Below, piece after piece: positions 55,666-64,000 of a DNA stretch of 64,000 bases. Positions within the stretch are counted from its first letter, which is position 1. Every line of letters starts with the position of its first letter. The notes under the pieces are model-generated. The model saw only the letters and a program-made list of their open reading frames with translations, had not been told where the DNA came from and ran no database searches. A program made the position numbers and the translations under genes. Source of the DNA: Longimicrobiales bacterium (lineage in GTDB: Bacteria > Gemmatimonadota > Gemmatimonadetes > Longimicrobiales > Gaopeijiaceae). The stretch is taken from NCBI GenBank assembly GCA_046704545.1, contig JBJKRT010000009.1, positions 42,456 to 106,455 on the forward strand, given 5' to 3'.

Positions 55666-57102
55666 TCAGTACAGCCCGACCTGTCCCTTCACGGAGGCGA
55701 TGAGCTTGGCCGGGTCGTAGGCGACGCCCTGCTTGAACACCATCCGCACGCGGCGCACGTCGGAGATGTGCGTGGCGGGATCACCGTCGACGACCACCAG
55801 GTCGGCCTGCTTTCCCACCGCAATCGAGCCGACCCGGTCGGCGCGGCCGAGGTACTTCGCTCCGTTCAGCGTGCAGATCCGGATCGCCTCGGTCGGCGTG
55901 AAGCCGGCCTCGACGAGGAGCTCCAGCTCGCGCTGATCCGAGTAGCCCGCGATCACGCCGCCGTAGCCCGTCGGATCCGTTCCCGCGATCAGCAATCCGC
56001 CCGCGCGCGCGAAGCGGAGCTCCATCGCTTCCTCCCTGGGGAACAGGGTGCGGAAGAGGGAGGCGGTATCGCGTTGCGTGCGGGCCCATCGATCCTTGAA
56101 CCGCTGGCGGAGGATCGGATCAAGCACCTCGATGCCGGGGGGAATCGGGCGGCCCGGCGTGAACGTCTCGAAGACCGGAAGCGTGGACGTCACGGCGACA
56201 TGGTGGGCGATGAGCGTGTCGACCAGCGCCTTGAAGGCCGGCCCCTTGGGGTCCACGCGGTCGAGGGCGGCCTGACCTGCGCGTTGGCCGGGGCAGACGT
56301 CGGGCTTCTTGTCTTTCACGAAATCCGTCGACACGAAGAACCCGTGCTCGAGATCGTCGATCCCCAGATCCGCCGCCTCGCGGTACGTCACCGAGCAAAG
56401 GTGGCCGGTGATCTTCAAGCCACGCGCGTGCGCCTCGTCGATGGCGGCTCCGAGCTCCGCACGCGTGATGTCCATGTAGGCCTTGAAGGACGTCGCGCCC
56501 GCGTCGGCCCAGAAGTCCACCATACGCTTGGCGTCGGCGGCGCCCGTGAGGACGTGGAACTGATCCAGCCCCAGGCCGGGACCCTCGAGGTAGGGAGCCG
56601 TGGCGTCGATCCACGGTCCCGGCTTTCTTCCCGCCCGGATATCCGCCGTGATGCCGAAGTCGCCGTAGCCGTTCATGTCACCCGTGGTCCGCATCGTGGT
56701 GACGCCGCCCGCCAGGTACAGACGGGTGAAGCTCTCCGCCACGTTCGCGTAGACACCGCGCGCCGTCGGGTAGAAGAGATGCTCGTGCATCATCACGAGT
56801 CCCGGCATGACCGAGCTGCCGCTGAGGTCCAGCACGCGTGCACCCGACGGGACCTGGACCGAGCCCGACGGCCCGAGGGCCGCGATGTCGCCGTTCCGGA
56901 TGACGAGCGTCTGGTCGGCGCGCGCCGGCGCGCCGGTTCCGTCGATCACCCGGACGTGCGTGAGCGCCACCACCGGCGTGTCGAGCGCAACGTAGCGGAG
57001 GACGTTACGGGAGAGGGTCGGACGCTGGGCGGCGGCGGGGGAAGATCCGAGCGCGAGGAGCAGCGCCGCGAGAAACGGTGGAATCCACGGATGCGTTTTC
57101 AT
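55666..57102 (-). CDS. Secreted amidohydrolase-family metallohydrolase
   Basis: Track ORF trimmed to ATG 57102 (signal peptide MKTHPWIPPFLAALLLALGSSPAAAQ). VIDGTG...IRNGDI...MPGLVMMHEHL matches the amidohydrolase N-terminal metal motif. Confidence 0.8.
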   Translation of the reverse strand: MKTHPWIPPFLAALLLALGSSPAAAQRPTLSRNVLRYVALDTPVVALTHVRVIDGTGAPARADQTLVIRNGDIAALGPSGSVQVPSGARVLDLSGSSVMPGLVMMHEHLFYPTARGVYANVAESFTRLYLAGGVTTMRTTGDMNGYGDFGITADIRAGRKPGPWIDATAPYLEGPGLGLDQFHVLTGAADAKRMVDFWADAGATSFKAYMDITRAELGAAIDEAHARGLKITGHLCSVTYREAADLGIDDLEHGFFVSTDFVKDKKPDVCPGQRAGQAALDRVDPKGPAFKALVDTLIAHHVAVTSTLPVFETFTPGRPIPPGIEVLDPILRQRFKDRWARTQRDTASLFRTLFPREEAMELRFARAGGLLIAGTDPTGYGGVIAGYSDQRELELLVEAGFTPTEAIRICTLNGAKYLGRADRVGSIAVGKQADLVVVDGDPATHISDVRRVRMVFKQGVAYDPAKLIASVKGQVGLY

Positions 57103-57339
57103 GGAGGGAGAGTACGACTCGGGATCGGCCGCGTCCACAGATTTCGGGGTGCGGGCGCTTCCCGACCTCCTTCCGCTCACACGGGAATATGGGCCCCGCA
57201 GGACGGCGACCGCCGGTCACGGATCCGCAGCGGATGCCCGCCCGAGTTCGAGACACCCACGGTATCGCACGAAGACCGGGTCCTTCCTACCTTCTTCTCC
57301 GTCACCCGCTCACCTCCAACTCCACCCAGGTGGATCTAC

Positions 57340-60300
57340 ATGCGACATCTGCCCTCACGAGTCGCCCAAACCGCTGCAGGCACGGGCCCGTTCGCGGTCG
57401 CCCTGGCGCTCCTCACCCTCTGCATCGCCGCCCCCGTTCCGACGGCGGCCCAGCACATCCCTCGCACCGCGTATGCCGGCATGCGCTGGCGCTCGATCGG
57501 CCCCAACCGCTCCGGCAACGTCTACGCGGTCGCCGGTGTCCCGGACAATCCCGCCGTCTACTACCTCGGCCTGCCCGAGGGAGGCGTCTGGAAGAGCTCC
57601 GACGGGGGGACCGTCTGGAACCCGATCTTCGATCAGGTGCACGTGCCCTCGATCGGTTCCGTGGTCGTGGCTCCGGCCGATCCGAACGTCGTATACGTCG
57701 GGACGGGCGACCCGACGGGATGGTCGTTCACGCCCGGCAACGGCGTCTACAAGTCCACCGACGCGGGTAAGACATGGACGCACGTGGGCCTCGACAGCAC
57801 GCGCTACATCCCGACGATGCTGGTGAGCCCGAACGACCCGAACGAGGTGCTGGCCGGAGCCTTCGGCTCCCGGCAGCGGGGCGGCGGCGCGAACACCGCC
57901 ACCGGCGTCTACCGCTCGACCGACGGCGGCAAGACCTGGACGCGAACGCTCGACCTCGACCCGTACACGGGCGTCACGAACCTGAGGCACGACTATCAGG
58001 ACCCGCAGGTCGTGTACGCAAGCGTCCAGCGCCATGCCTTCGGGCTCACGAGCGCCCAGCGCAGGGCGCTCGAGCCGCTCGGGTCCGGCATCTTCAAGTC
58101 GACGGACGGAGGGGCCACCTGGAAGCCCATCGCCGGGCAGGGTCTCCCCCACACCGCGCGCGGGTTCGAGATCGGCGTCGCCTCCGGCACCCAGGGACAG
58201 CGCCTGTACGCGGAAGCGCAGGGCGCGGGACGCGATGCCGGCGGCGTCTACCGCTCCGATGACGGCGGCGCCACCTGGACGCTGGGAACGCACCGGATCG
58301 CGAGCGCCGGCGGTCGCATCTACGTCGATCCGACGAATCCCGACGTGGTCTACCTCATGGGCACGTCGATGTACCGCTCCGTCGACGGCGCGCACAGCTT
58401 CAAGTCGTTCAAGGGCTCACCGGGAGGCGACGACGAGCGCGACCTGTGGATCGACCCGCAGAACGGCAGTCGCATGCTCCTGGGAGCGGATCAGGGGCCA
58501 TCCGTCTCCATGGACGGCGGCAAGACCTGGACGCCCTGGTACAACCTGATCAACGGCCAGTTCTACAACGTCTTCACGGACAACCACTTTCCCTATCGCG
58601 TCTGCGGCGCACAGCAGGACAGCGGAACGGCGTGCGTGCTGAGCCGCAGCGACTGGGGTGAGATCACGCAGAGCGACTGGTCGACGGCGAGCGGCTTCGA
58701 GGCGGGCGTCGTCCTCACCGACCCGCTCCACCCGTACTGGGTGTACACGCAGGGTTGGTACCACACGCTCCGGCGCCTCGACCGCAGGACGGGCCAGGTC
58801 GCCGTCCTGTACTCCCCGACGCCCGAGGATCACTTCCTCTGGTCGCCTCCCATGGCCTTCTCTCCCGAGGATCCCCACACGCTCTATCTGGGCGCCCAGT
58901 GGATCCTGGCCTCCAGCGACAACGCTCGGACGTGGCACCACATCAGCCCGGATCTGACGGTACCGGCGGGCGGCAAGCCCGCGAAGACGGGCAGACGGGG
59001 CGCCCCGTCGCTCCAGTCGATCGCCCCGTCGCCGGCGGCGGCCGGAGAGATCTGGGCCGGCACGACGAACGGGCTCATCCAGCTCACACGCGACGGGGGC
59101 AAGACGTGGACGAACGTGACGCCGAAGGATATGCCGGCGGGCGTCGTCGCCCACATCGACGCGTCGAGCCACGATGCCGGCACGGCCTACGCCGTGGTCC
59201 AGGCGCCTCTGGACAATCACCCCTATATCTTCCGCACCCGCGACTTCGGAGAGAGCTGGGAGAAGATCGTCACGGGCCTGCCCGCCGACGCCGGCGCCCG
59301 CGTGGTGCGTGAAGACCCGGTGGAGCCGAACCTGCTCTATGCAGGAACGGTGAAGGGCGCGTGGGTCTCGTTCGACCAGGGCGACCACTGGCAGTCGCTG
59401 CAGCTCAACCTGCCCACCACGGTCGTCAGCGACATGACTATCCACGGCGCCGATCTCGACATCTCGACCTACGGTCGCGGCCTGTGGATCCTGGACGACG
59501 TGACCCCGCTCCGGCAGGAGACCGAAGCGATCGCGGCACGCCAAGCCTACCTGTTCCGGCCGGACACCACGTACCGCGTGCGGTGGGACAACTACCAGGA
59601 CACGCCGCTGCCTCCCGAGGTGCCGGCCGGCAAGAACCCGCCGGAAGGAGCGATCCTGGACTATTACCTGCCGCAGGCCGCGCACGGACCGGTCACGCTC
59701 TCGATCTACGATCAGGACGGCGGCCTCATCCGGCGCTACACGAGCCACCGGCCACCGCCCGACACGACCATGACGAACGTGCCGACCTACTGGCTGGCCT
59801 CGCCGGTCGTGCTGCCGACGTCCGCCGGAGAGCACAGGATCGCGTGGAACCTCCGCTACACCACTCCGCCGGCGCTGAACTACGGATACTACGGCGGCCT
59901 CCTCGACTACGAGGAGTACACGCTGACCTGGCACGCCATCGAGGGACACACGCCACGCAGAGTCCCGACCGGACCGATCGTGGCGCCGGGTACCTACAAG
60001 GTGGAGCTGACCGTCGACGGTCGAAGCTACACTCGCCAGCTGACGGTCGTGAACGACCCGAGGGACTCGGTCTCCCAGGCCGACATCGAAGATCAGCTCG
60101 CGTTCGAGCGGCGCATGATGGCCGGCATGGCGGCCAGCTACGACGGATTCAACGCCGTCCACCGCCTCAGAGGCGTCCTGGCCCAGGACATGACCAAGCT
60201 CCACGGCGGCTCACTCGCCAAGGCCGCCAAAGCGCTCGATGACAAGGCCTCCGATCTCACCCTGGCGAGCGCCACCGGGTTCGGACCCGCGAACCGCGAT

Positions 60301-60543
60301 CTGGCTCGTCATCTCGAGGACATGGAATTCGGAGACGTGAAGCCGACGCCGAGCGACCTGGCGGCGGCCGAGCTGGACTGCCGACAGATCGACAAGGCTT
60401 CGGTAGCGCTGACGTCCTTGGTATCGACGGACGTTCCCAGCCTCAACGAGAGGCTCGCCCGTGCCCACCTGACGAAGCTGCCTTCGCTCACGGTGCCGGC
60501 CAGGCCGGCGTGCACGGTCAGGAGCACGTCGACGACGAAATGA
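57340..60543 (+). CDS. BNR/Asp-box repeat protein (sortilin/Vps10-like beta-propellers), secreted
   Basis: Real part of track ORF 55768..60543, starting at ATG 57340 with a signal peptide. At least eight Asp-box motifs (SSDGGTVW, STDAGKTW, STDGGKTW, STDGGATW, SDDGGATW, SMDGGKTW, TRDGGKTW, TRDFGESW). Confidence 0.85.
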   Translation: MRHLPSRVAQTAAGTGPFAVALALLTLCIAAPVPTAAQHIPRTAYAGMRWRSIGPNRSGNVYAVAGVPDNPAVYYLGLPEGGVWKSSDGGTVWNPIFDQVHVPSIGSVVVAPADPNVVYVGTGDPTGWSFTPGNGVYKSTDAGKTWTHVGLDSTRYIPTMLVSPNDPNEVLAGAFGSRQRGGGANTATGVYRSTDGGKTWTRTLDLDPYTGVTNLRHDYQDPQVVYASVQRHAFGLTSAQRRALEPLGSGIFKSTDGGATWKPIAGQGLPHTARGFEIGVASGTQGQRLYAEAQGAGRDAGGVYRSDDGGATWTLGTHRIASAGGRIYVDPTNPDVVYLMGTSMYRSVDGAHSFKSFKGSPGGDDERDLWIDPQNGSRMLLGADQGPSVSMDGGKTWTPWYNLINGQFYNVFTDNHFPYRVCGAQQDSGTACVLSRSDWGEITQSDWSTASGFEAGVVLTDPLHPYWVYTQGWYHTLRRLDRRTGQVAVLYSPTPEDHFLWSPPMAFSPEDPHTLYLGAQWILASSDNARTWHHISPDLTVPAGGKPAKTGRRGAPSLQSIAPSPAAAGEIWAGTTNGLIQLTRDGGKTWTNVTPKDMPAGVVAHIDASSHDAGTAYAVVQAPLDNHPYIFRTRDFGESWEKIVTGLPADAGARVVREDPVEPNLLYAGTVKGAWVSFDQGDHWQSLQLNLPTTVVSDMTIHGADLDISTYGRGLWILDDVTPLRQETEAIAARQAYLFRPDTTYRVRWDNYQDTPLPPEVPAGKNPPEGAILDYYLPQAAHGPVTLSIYDQDGGLIRRYTSHRPPPDTTMTNVPTYWLASPVVLPTSAGEHRIAWNLRYTTPPALNYGYYGGLLDYEEYTLTWHAIEGHTPRRVPTGPIVAPGTYKVELTVDGRSYTRQLTVVNDPRDSVSQADIEDQLAFERRMMAGMAASYDGFNAVHRLRGVLAQDMTKLHGGSLAKAAKALDDKASDLTLASATGFGPANRDLARHLEDMEFGDVKPTPSDLAAAELDCRQIDKASVALTSLVSTDVPSLNERLARAHLTKLPSLTVPARPACTVRSTSTTK

Positions 60544-60550
60544 AGCAGTC

Positions 60551-60578
60551 GGGGCCGAGAGCGTTCGCTCCCGGCCCC
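60551..60578. terminator. GC-rich hairpin (first of two) between convergent genes
   Basis: GGGGCCG-A-GAGCG-TT-CGCTC-C-CGGCCCC. Confidence 0.5.
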
Positions 60579-60589
60579 CCGTTCCGGCG

Positions 60590-60626
60590 AAGGAGGGGGA
60601 ACGGCCCTGGGCCGTTCCCCCTCCTT
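60590..60626. terminator. 17-bp perfect hairpin, probable bidirectional terminator
   Basis: AAGGAGGGGGAACGGCC-ctg-GGCCGTTCCCCCTCCTT, followed by GCTTTCGG. Confidence 0.6.
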
Positions 60627-60637
60627 GCTTTCGGACG

Positions 60638-60991
60638 CTATTCCAGCACCTCGATGCTGTCGGGCGCGTTCGGAACGACGCAGATGAACTCGAACGGCTC
60701 GTCGCCTTCGGCCTTGTACGAATGGGGCGTGCCTGCAGCGATGTAGACCACGTCGCCCTCCTCCACCCGGTGGATCTCGTCACCCACCGTGATGGTGGCC
60801 CGTCCTCTGAGCACATACTGCTCGTGCTCCACCCTGTTGGTATGGCGAGGCATTCCACCCCCGGGCTCCATGATGAAGCGGCGCATGGCGAAGTTCGGCC
60901 CCTGGTCGGGGCCGATGAGCACCTGCCTGACCGTAGCCGAGCCGCCTTTCACCTCTTCGGCCGGAATCGTCTTCGCGGGTCGTACGGACAT
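60638..60991 (-). CDS. Cupin-domain protein
   Basis: Track ORF trimmed to ATG 60991, preceded by AAGGAG. Cupin motifs GGGMPRHTNRVEHEQYVLRG and GDVVYIAAGTPHSY. Confidence 0.8.
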   Translation of the reverse strand: MSVRPAKTIPAEEVKGGSATVRQVLIGPDQGPNFAMRRFIMEPGGGMPRHTNRVEHEQYVLRGRATITVGDEIHRVEEGDVVYIAAGTPHSYKAEGDEPFEFICVVPNAPDSIEVLE

Positions 60992-61082
60992 CTCGCTCAC
61001 TCCTTCCTGGAGCTGGAAACACTCACCGACCCGTTGAAGCTGGCGAGTCGGGGACGTGGGGTCCAGCGTAGCCTGAACGTAC

Positions 61083-61120
61083 GAAGAGGGGGTGGGCCCG
61101 AACGGGCCCACCCCCTCTTC
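61083..61120. terminator. Near-perfect 38-nt palindromic hairpin downstream of the malic enzyme gene
   Basis: GAAGAGGGGGTGGGCCCG-AA-CGGGCCCACCCCCTCTTC. There is no clear U-tract on the minus strand. Confidence 0.45.
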
Positions 61121-61138
61121 TCCTGCATTCCGGCGGAA

Positions 61139-62806
61139 TTACCGGTAGTGCTTGTAGACCGGGTCGAACATGGCCGCCTCGACGACCGCCCCCAGATCGA
61201 CGGGCCGTGGAGCACGCGCGAGACCTCGCTCGAACGCCACCGTGGCCACCGCCTCGGCGATGTGCGCCGAGACTTCCCGGATGCGTTTCAGCGACGGGTA
61301 GATGCGACCCTGGCGCAGGTCGTTCTCGTTGACGAGCCCCGCCAGCGTCCGTGCCGCCTCGAAGAACATCTCGTCGGTGCACTCCGAGGCTTCCGACACG
61401 ATGAGCCCCAGGCCGACCCCGGGGAATACGTAGGCGTTGTTGCCCTGCCCCGGTACGAAGCGCTTGCCGTCGAGCTCGACCGGCCCGAACGGGCTTCCAC
61501 TCGCGAAGATCGCCCGTCCTTCCGACCAGGTGTACGCCTGCTCCGCCGTGCACTCCGACTTCGAGGTCGGGTTCGACAGAGCGAAGATGATCGGACGCTC
61601 GTTGAGACGGGCCATCTCTTCGACGATCGGCTGCGTGAACGTCTGAGGACGTCCGGACACCCCGACGATGGCGCCGGGCTGGAGGCGGCGGATCGCCTCG
61701 AGAAAGTCCGTCGTCGGCTCCGCGTCGTGGGCGAACGGCTTCTTGTGGCTCGCAAGGTCGGTGCGGCTCTTCACCACCAGACCCTTCGAGTCGAAGAACC
61801 AGCACTTCTGGCGCGCCTCCTCCTCGGTCATCCCGTCGTGAACGAGCGCAGCCGTGATGAGGTTGCCGATACCGACCCCCGCCTCTCCAGCGCCGAGGAA
61901 GAGATAATTCCGGTCGGCGAGCTTCTGGCCCGTGATCCGCAGCGCCGAGTAGACGCCGGCCAGCGCGACCCCCGCGGTTCCCTGGATGTCGTCGTCGAAC
62001 GAGCAGAAGCCGACCCGATACTTCTCAAGGAGCCGGAATGCGTTGTGCGTGGCGAAGTCTTCCAGCTGGACCACTGCCTTGGGGAATACTTCCGCCACCG
62101 CTTCGAAGAACTCGTCGATGAGCTCGTCGTACGCTTCCCCGCGTAGCCTGTGGCGTGGGATGCCGAGGTAGAGCGGATCTTCGAGCAGGCTCTCGTTGTC
62201 GGTGCCCACGTCGAGCGTGACGGGCAGGGTCTGGGTCGGATGGATTCCGGCGCACGCGCTGTACAGCGACAGCTTGCCGATGGGAATCCCCATGCCGTCG
62301 GCTCCGAGGTCGCCGAGCCCCAGAATCCTCTCGCCGTCGGTAACCACGATGATGCGCACGTCTTCGTGCGGCCAGTTCCGCAGAACCTCCTTCACGTGCC
62401 CGCGATCGTAGGCCGACACGTACAGGCCCCGTGACTGGCGATAGATATGGCCGAACTCCTGACACGCCTGACCGACGACCGGCGTGTAGACGATCGGCAT
62501 GAGGTCCTCGATGTTGTCCAGGAGCACACGATAGAACAGCATCTCGTTGCGGTCCTGAAGCGAGATCAAGGCGATGTACCGCTCCAGGTCGTCGTGCTTC
62601 CTGCGCAGGTTCTCGAGAACCCGGGTAACCTGGAGCTCCTGTGTGGCGACCCGGGGAGGCAACAGCCCCCTCAGGCCCAGGGCCTCGCGCTCGGGCTCCG
62701 TGAACGCGGTCCCCTTGTTGAAGACTGGGTCGTGCAGGAGCTTGGTGCCCCGCGGGAAATCGGATGGAAGGGGAAGCGCCTTCTGGGCGTCCTCTAAGGT
62801 CTTCAT
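61139..62806 (-). CDS. maeA: NAD(P)-dependent malic enzyme (large, MaeA/SfcA type)
   Basis: Track ORF trimmed to ATG 62806. Motifs NKGTAFTEPEREALGLRGLLPP, VYTPVVGQACQ, VVTDGERILGLGDLG and FLGAGEAGVGIG. Confidence 0.9.
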   Translation of the reverse strand: MKTLEDAQKALPLPSDFPRGTKLLHDPVFNKGTAFTEPEREALGLRGLLPPRVATQELQVTRVLENLRRKHDDLERYIALISLQDRNEMLFYRVLLDNIEDLMPIVYTPVVGQACQEFGHIYRQSRGLYVSAYDRGHVKEVLRNWPHEDVRIIVVTDGERILGLGDLGADGMGIPIGKLSLYSACAGIHPTQTLPVTLDVGTDNESLLEDPLYLGIPRHRLRGEAYDELIDEFFEAVAEVFPKAVVQLEDFATHNAFRLLEKYRVGFCSFDDDIQGTAGVALAGVYSALRITGQKLADRNYLFLGAGEAGVGIGNLITAALVHDGMTEEEARQKCWFFDSKGLVVKSRTDLASHKKPFAHDAEPTTDFLEAIRRLQPGAIVGVSGRPQTFTQPIVEEMARLNERPIIFALSNPTSKSECTAEQAYTWSEGRAIFASGSPFGPVELDGKRFVPGQGNNAYVFPGVGLGLIVSEASECTDEMFFEAARTLAGLVNENDLRQGRIYPSLKRIREVSAHIAEAVATVAFERGLARAPRPVDLGAVVEAAMFDPVYKHYR

Positions 62807-63063
62807 GATCTCTGCCGCCTCGACAGGTCTCTGGTGTATCTCGAGGTCGGGCTGGCCAGGGGGCAGGCCGCCATCCCAACACGTGCGTGGGAGGATCCGA
62901 CAGGTCGCCGAACAGGCGGATAGCAACCTGCTTGCCCTGAATCATCACCCTTTTTCCAGCCTCCGGCAACGGCTTCGGCGCCGGTCCCCACGGACGCGCT
63001 CACGATCCGCAAAGGGCCTGTGCCAGAACGGTTTCCCGCTCTGACGAGAGGGCGGTCAGGGTA

Positions 63064-63103
63064 CAAAAGAAAGGCCCGACGGAGGCTTGCGCCTCGTCGG
63101 GCC
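63064..63103 (-). terminator. Intrinsic terminator of repeat copy 1
   Basis: Minus strand reads GGCCCGACGAGGC-GCAA-GCCUCCGUCGGGCC followed by UUUCUUUUG. Confidence 0.75.
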
Positions 63104-63366
63104 TAAGGTGGGGGCAACCTGCGACCCTCCCGCCAACAGGATACCCCACACCTTCTTTCGGTACTCACGAGCGATCCGCATCGACCTCCCGTTTTCCCCA
63201 TGTTTGGGTCGCCGAAAGTTCCTGCCCTAAACTCTCGACGACCCTGGAGCTGCCACCCGGCGAGGGCGGGTAGAGGTTGCTGGACCTCGTCCCGTCGGGC
63301 AATCAGCCCCGAACTTGCTGCACCTAGTCTACCTCCAGCCCCACCAGAGTGCTGTCGGGGGAAATC
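63064..63366 (-). ncRNA. Candidate structured non-coding RNA, copy 1 (unclassified; 5' end approximate)
   Basis: Conserved core ends in an intrinsic terminator on the minus strand. A 15-bp hairpin (63206-63244) and other stems are supported by G-U and compensatory changes between copies. A 1-nt indel between copies breaks the only small ORF. Confidence 0.5.
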
Positions 63367-63522
63367 AGATGGATTTTGTAGGAAAACACCCCACAGAAGT
63401 CCGGAGCTCGGCAGGGGCCACGGCCGCCTCCAGGACCGGTGGGCCGGACCGTCGCGGGCATGTTATCCTCACACCCGACGAACCCGGAGCCCCGGTGCTC
63501 CGTCCGGACGCCGCTCACGGAC

Positions 63523-63562
63523 GAAGAAAAGGCCCGACGGAGGCTTGCGCTTCCGCCGGGCC
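63523..63562 (-). terminator. Intrinsic terminator of repeat copy 2
   Basis: Minus strand reads GGCCCGGCGGAAGC-GCAA-GCCUCCGUCGGGCC followed by UUUUCUUC. The arm substitution gives a G-U pair on the minus strand but an A-C mismatch on the plus strand. Confidence 0.7.
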
Positions 63563-63824
63563 CGAGGTGGGGGCAACCTGCGACCCTCCCGCCAACAGGA
63601 TACCCCACACCTTCTTTCAGTACTCGCGGGCGATCCGTCTCGACCTCCCGTTTTCCCATGTTTGGGTCGCCGAAAGTCCCTGCCCTAGACGATCGACGAC
63701 CCTGGAGCTGCCACCCGGCGAGGGCGGGTAGAGGTTGCTGGACCTCGTCCCGTCGGGCGATCAGCCCCGAACTTGCTGCACCTAGTCTACGTCCGGCCCC
63801 GCCGGAGTGCTGTCGGGGGAAATC
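63523..63824 (-). ncRNA. Candidate structured non-coding RNA, copy 2 (unclassified; 5' end approximate)
   Basis: Same architecture as copy 1, shifted by 458 bp. Confidence 0.5.
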
Positions 63825-63981
63825 AGATGGATTTTGTAGGAACACACCCCACAGAGATCGGGAGCCCGGCAGGGGGTACGCCTCCCTCCAAGGACCGGCG
63901 GACCGAACCATGCATGCACATGCTAGTCGCACATTGACGACCGCGATGCTCGGTGTCTTGTCCGCAACGCCGCTCGCGGAC

Positions 63982-64000
63982 AAAAAAAGGCCCGACGGAG
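63982..64000 (-). terminator. Terminator of repeat copy 3 (partial; only the 3' arm and U-tract are in the window)
   Basis: CTCCGTCGGGCC followed by TTTTTTTG on the minus strand. Confidence 0.5.

Larger units (their letters stand above)
63064..64000 (-). repeat. Tandem array, exact 458-bp period, at least three copies (third truncated by the window edge)
   Basis: GGCCCGACGGAGGCTTGCGC begins at 63073 and again at 63531. At 63989 the first 12 nt (GGCCCGACGGAG) recur before the window ends at 64000. Copies 1 and 2 align over about 330 bp, with roughly 20 substitutions and one 1-nt indel by hand alignment. A more divergent spacer of about 125 bp follows. Confidence 0.9.

Noticed and set aside
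55768-57339. N-terminal 524 codons of the 1591-aa track ORF
   Set aside because: This part is antisense to the amidohydrolase gene and has no motifs. The BNR protein has a clean signal peptide starting at ATG 57340.
63108-63210. 33-codon ORF on the minus strand of repeat copy 1 (MGKTGGRCGSLVSTERRCGVSCWREGRRLPPP)
   Set aside because: Copy 2 carries a 1-nt deletion just after the ATG that shifts the frame, so the peptide is not conserved. The track ORFs 63200..63688, 63315..63731 and 63324..63983 merely run across repeat units.
63290-63310. tmRNA-like 5' sequence in the repeat unit (minus strand GGGGCUGAUUGCCCGACGGGA, reminiscent of GGGGCUGAUUCUGGAUUCGACGGGA of ssrA)
   Set aside because: There is no complementary CAGCCCC-ACCA 3' end, no T-arm (GGUUCGAAUCC-like) and no plausible tag reading frame. 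The unit is shorter than tmRNA and tandemly repeated. The resemblance is probably coincidental.
63064-64000. Possible CRISPR array
   Set aside because: The 458-bp period is far too long, the conserved part (about 330 bp) is much larger than any CRISPR repeat, and no cas genes are present.

Overview
High-GC (about two-thirds G+C by eye) bacterial chromosomal segment with about 50 protein genes and no rRNA, tRNA, CRISPR array or recognisable transposase. Gene content includes S46 and M1 peptidases, a POT peptide transporter, a BNR/sortilin-type protein, Omp85 and Wzi-like outer-membrane proteins, several GGDEF proteins and a sigma-54 regulator. This suggests a Gram-negative Gemmatimonadota- or Acidobacteriota-like organism, but that is inference only. 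Most long Arg/Gly/Pro-rich ORFs in the six-frame track are shadow frames of real genes and were discarded. Several starts were trimmed to internal ATG/GTG/TTG codons. Five regions stand out. (1) 48617..49204 is an exported BCP/AhpC-type peroxiredoxin whose only redox residue is an in-frame TGA at the peroxidatic Cys position (TPG-TGA-TVQ). It is a candidate selenoprotein, and it lies next to a TlpA-like thioredoxin and CcdA. (2) 11032..17766 holds a histidine kinase with periplasmic heme-c motifs, an NtrC-type activator and a near-consensus sigma-54 promoter with upstream palindromes. That promoter precedes a pseudo-receiver, a membrane-anchored receiver and a 15-heme cytochrome c fused to a cytochrome b. 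(3) 25403..40594 is an envelope glycolipid locus whose core resembles the bacterial ceramide pathway: serine-palmitoyltransferase-like enzyme, SDR, ACP, KAS and GNAT. It is flanked by an ABC exporter, four glycosyltransferase-like genes, an Omp85 and a Wzi-like barrel. (4) 63064..64000 is a tandem array of at least three copies with an exact 458-bp period. Each copy has a conserved non-coding core of about 330 nt ending in a minus-strand intrinsic terminator, upstream of the malic enzyme gene. (5) An NHEJ pair (LigD, Ku) is interrupted by a peptidase gene. All functional calls rest on motifs I recognised by eye; no database search was possible.
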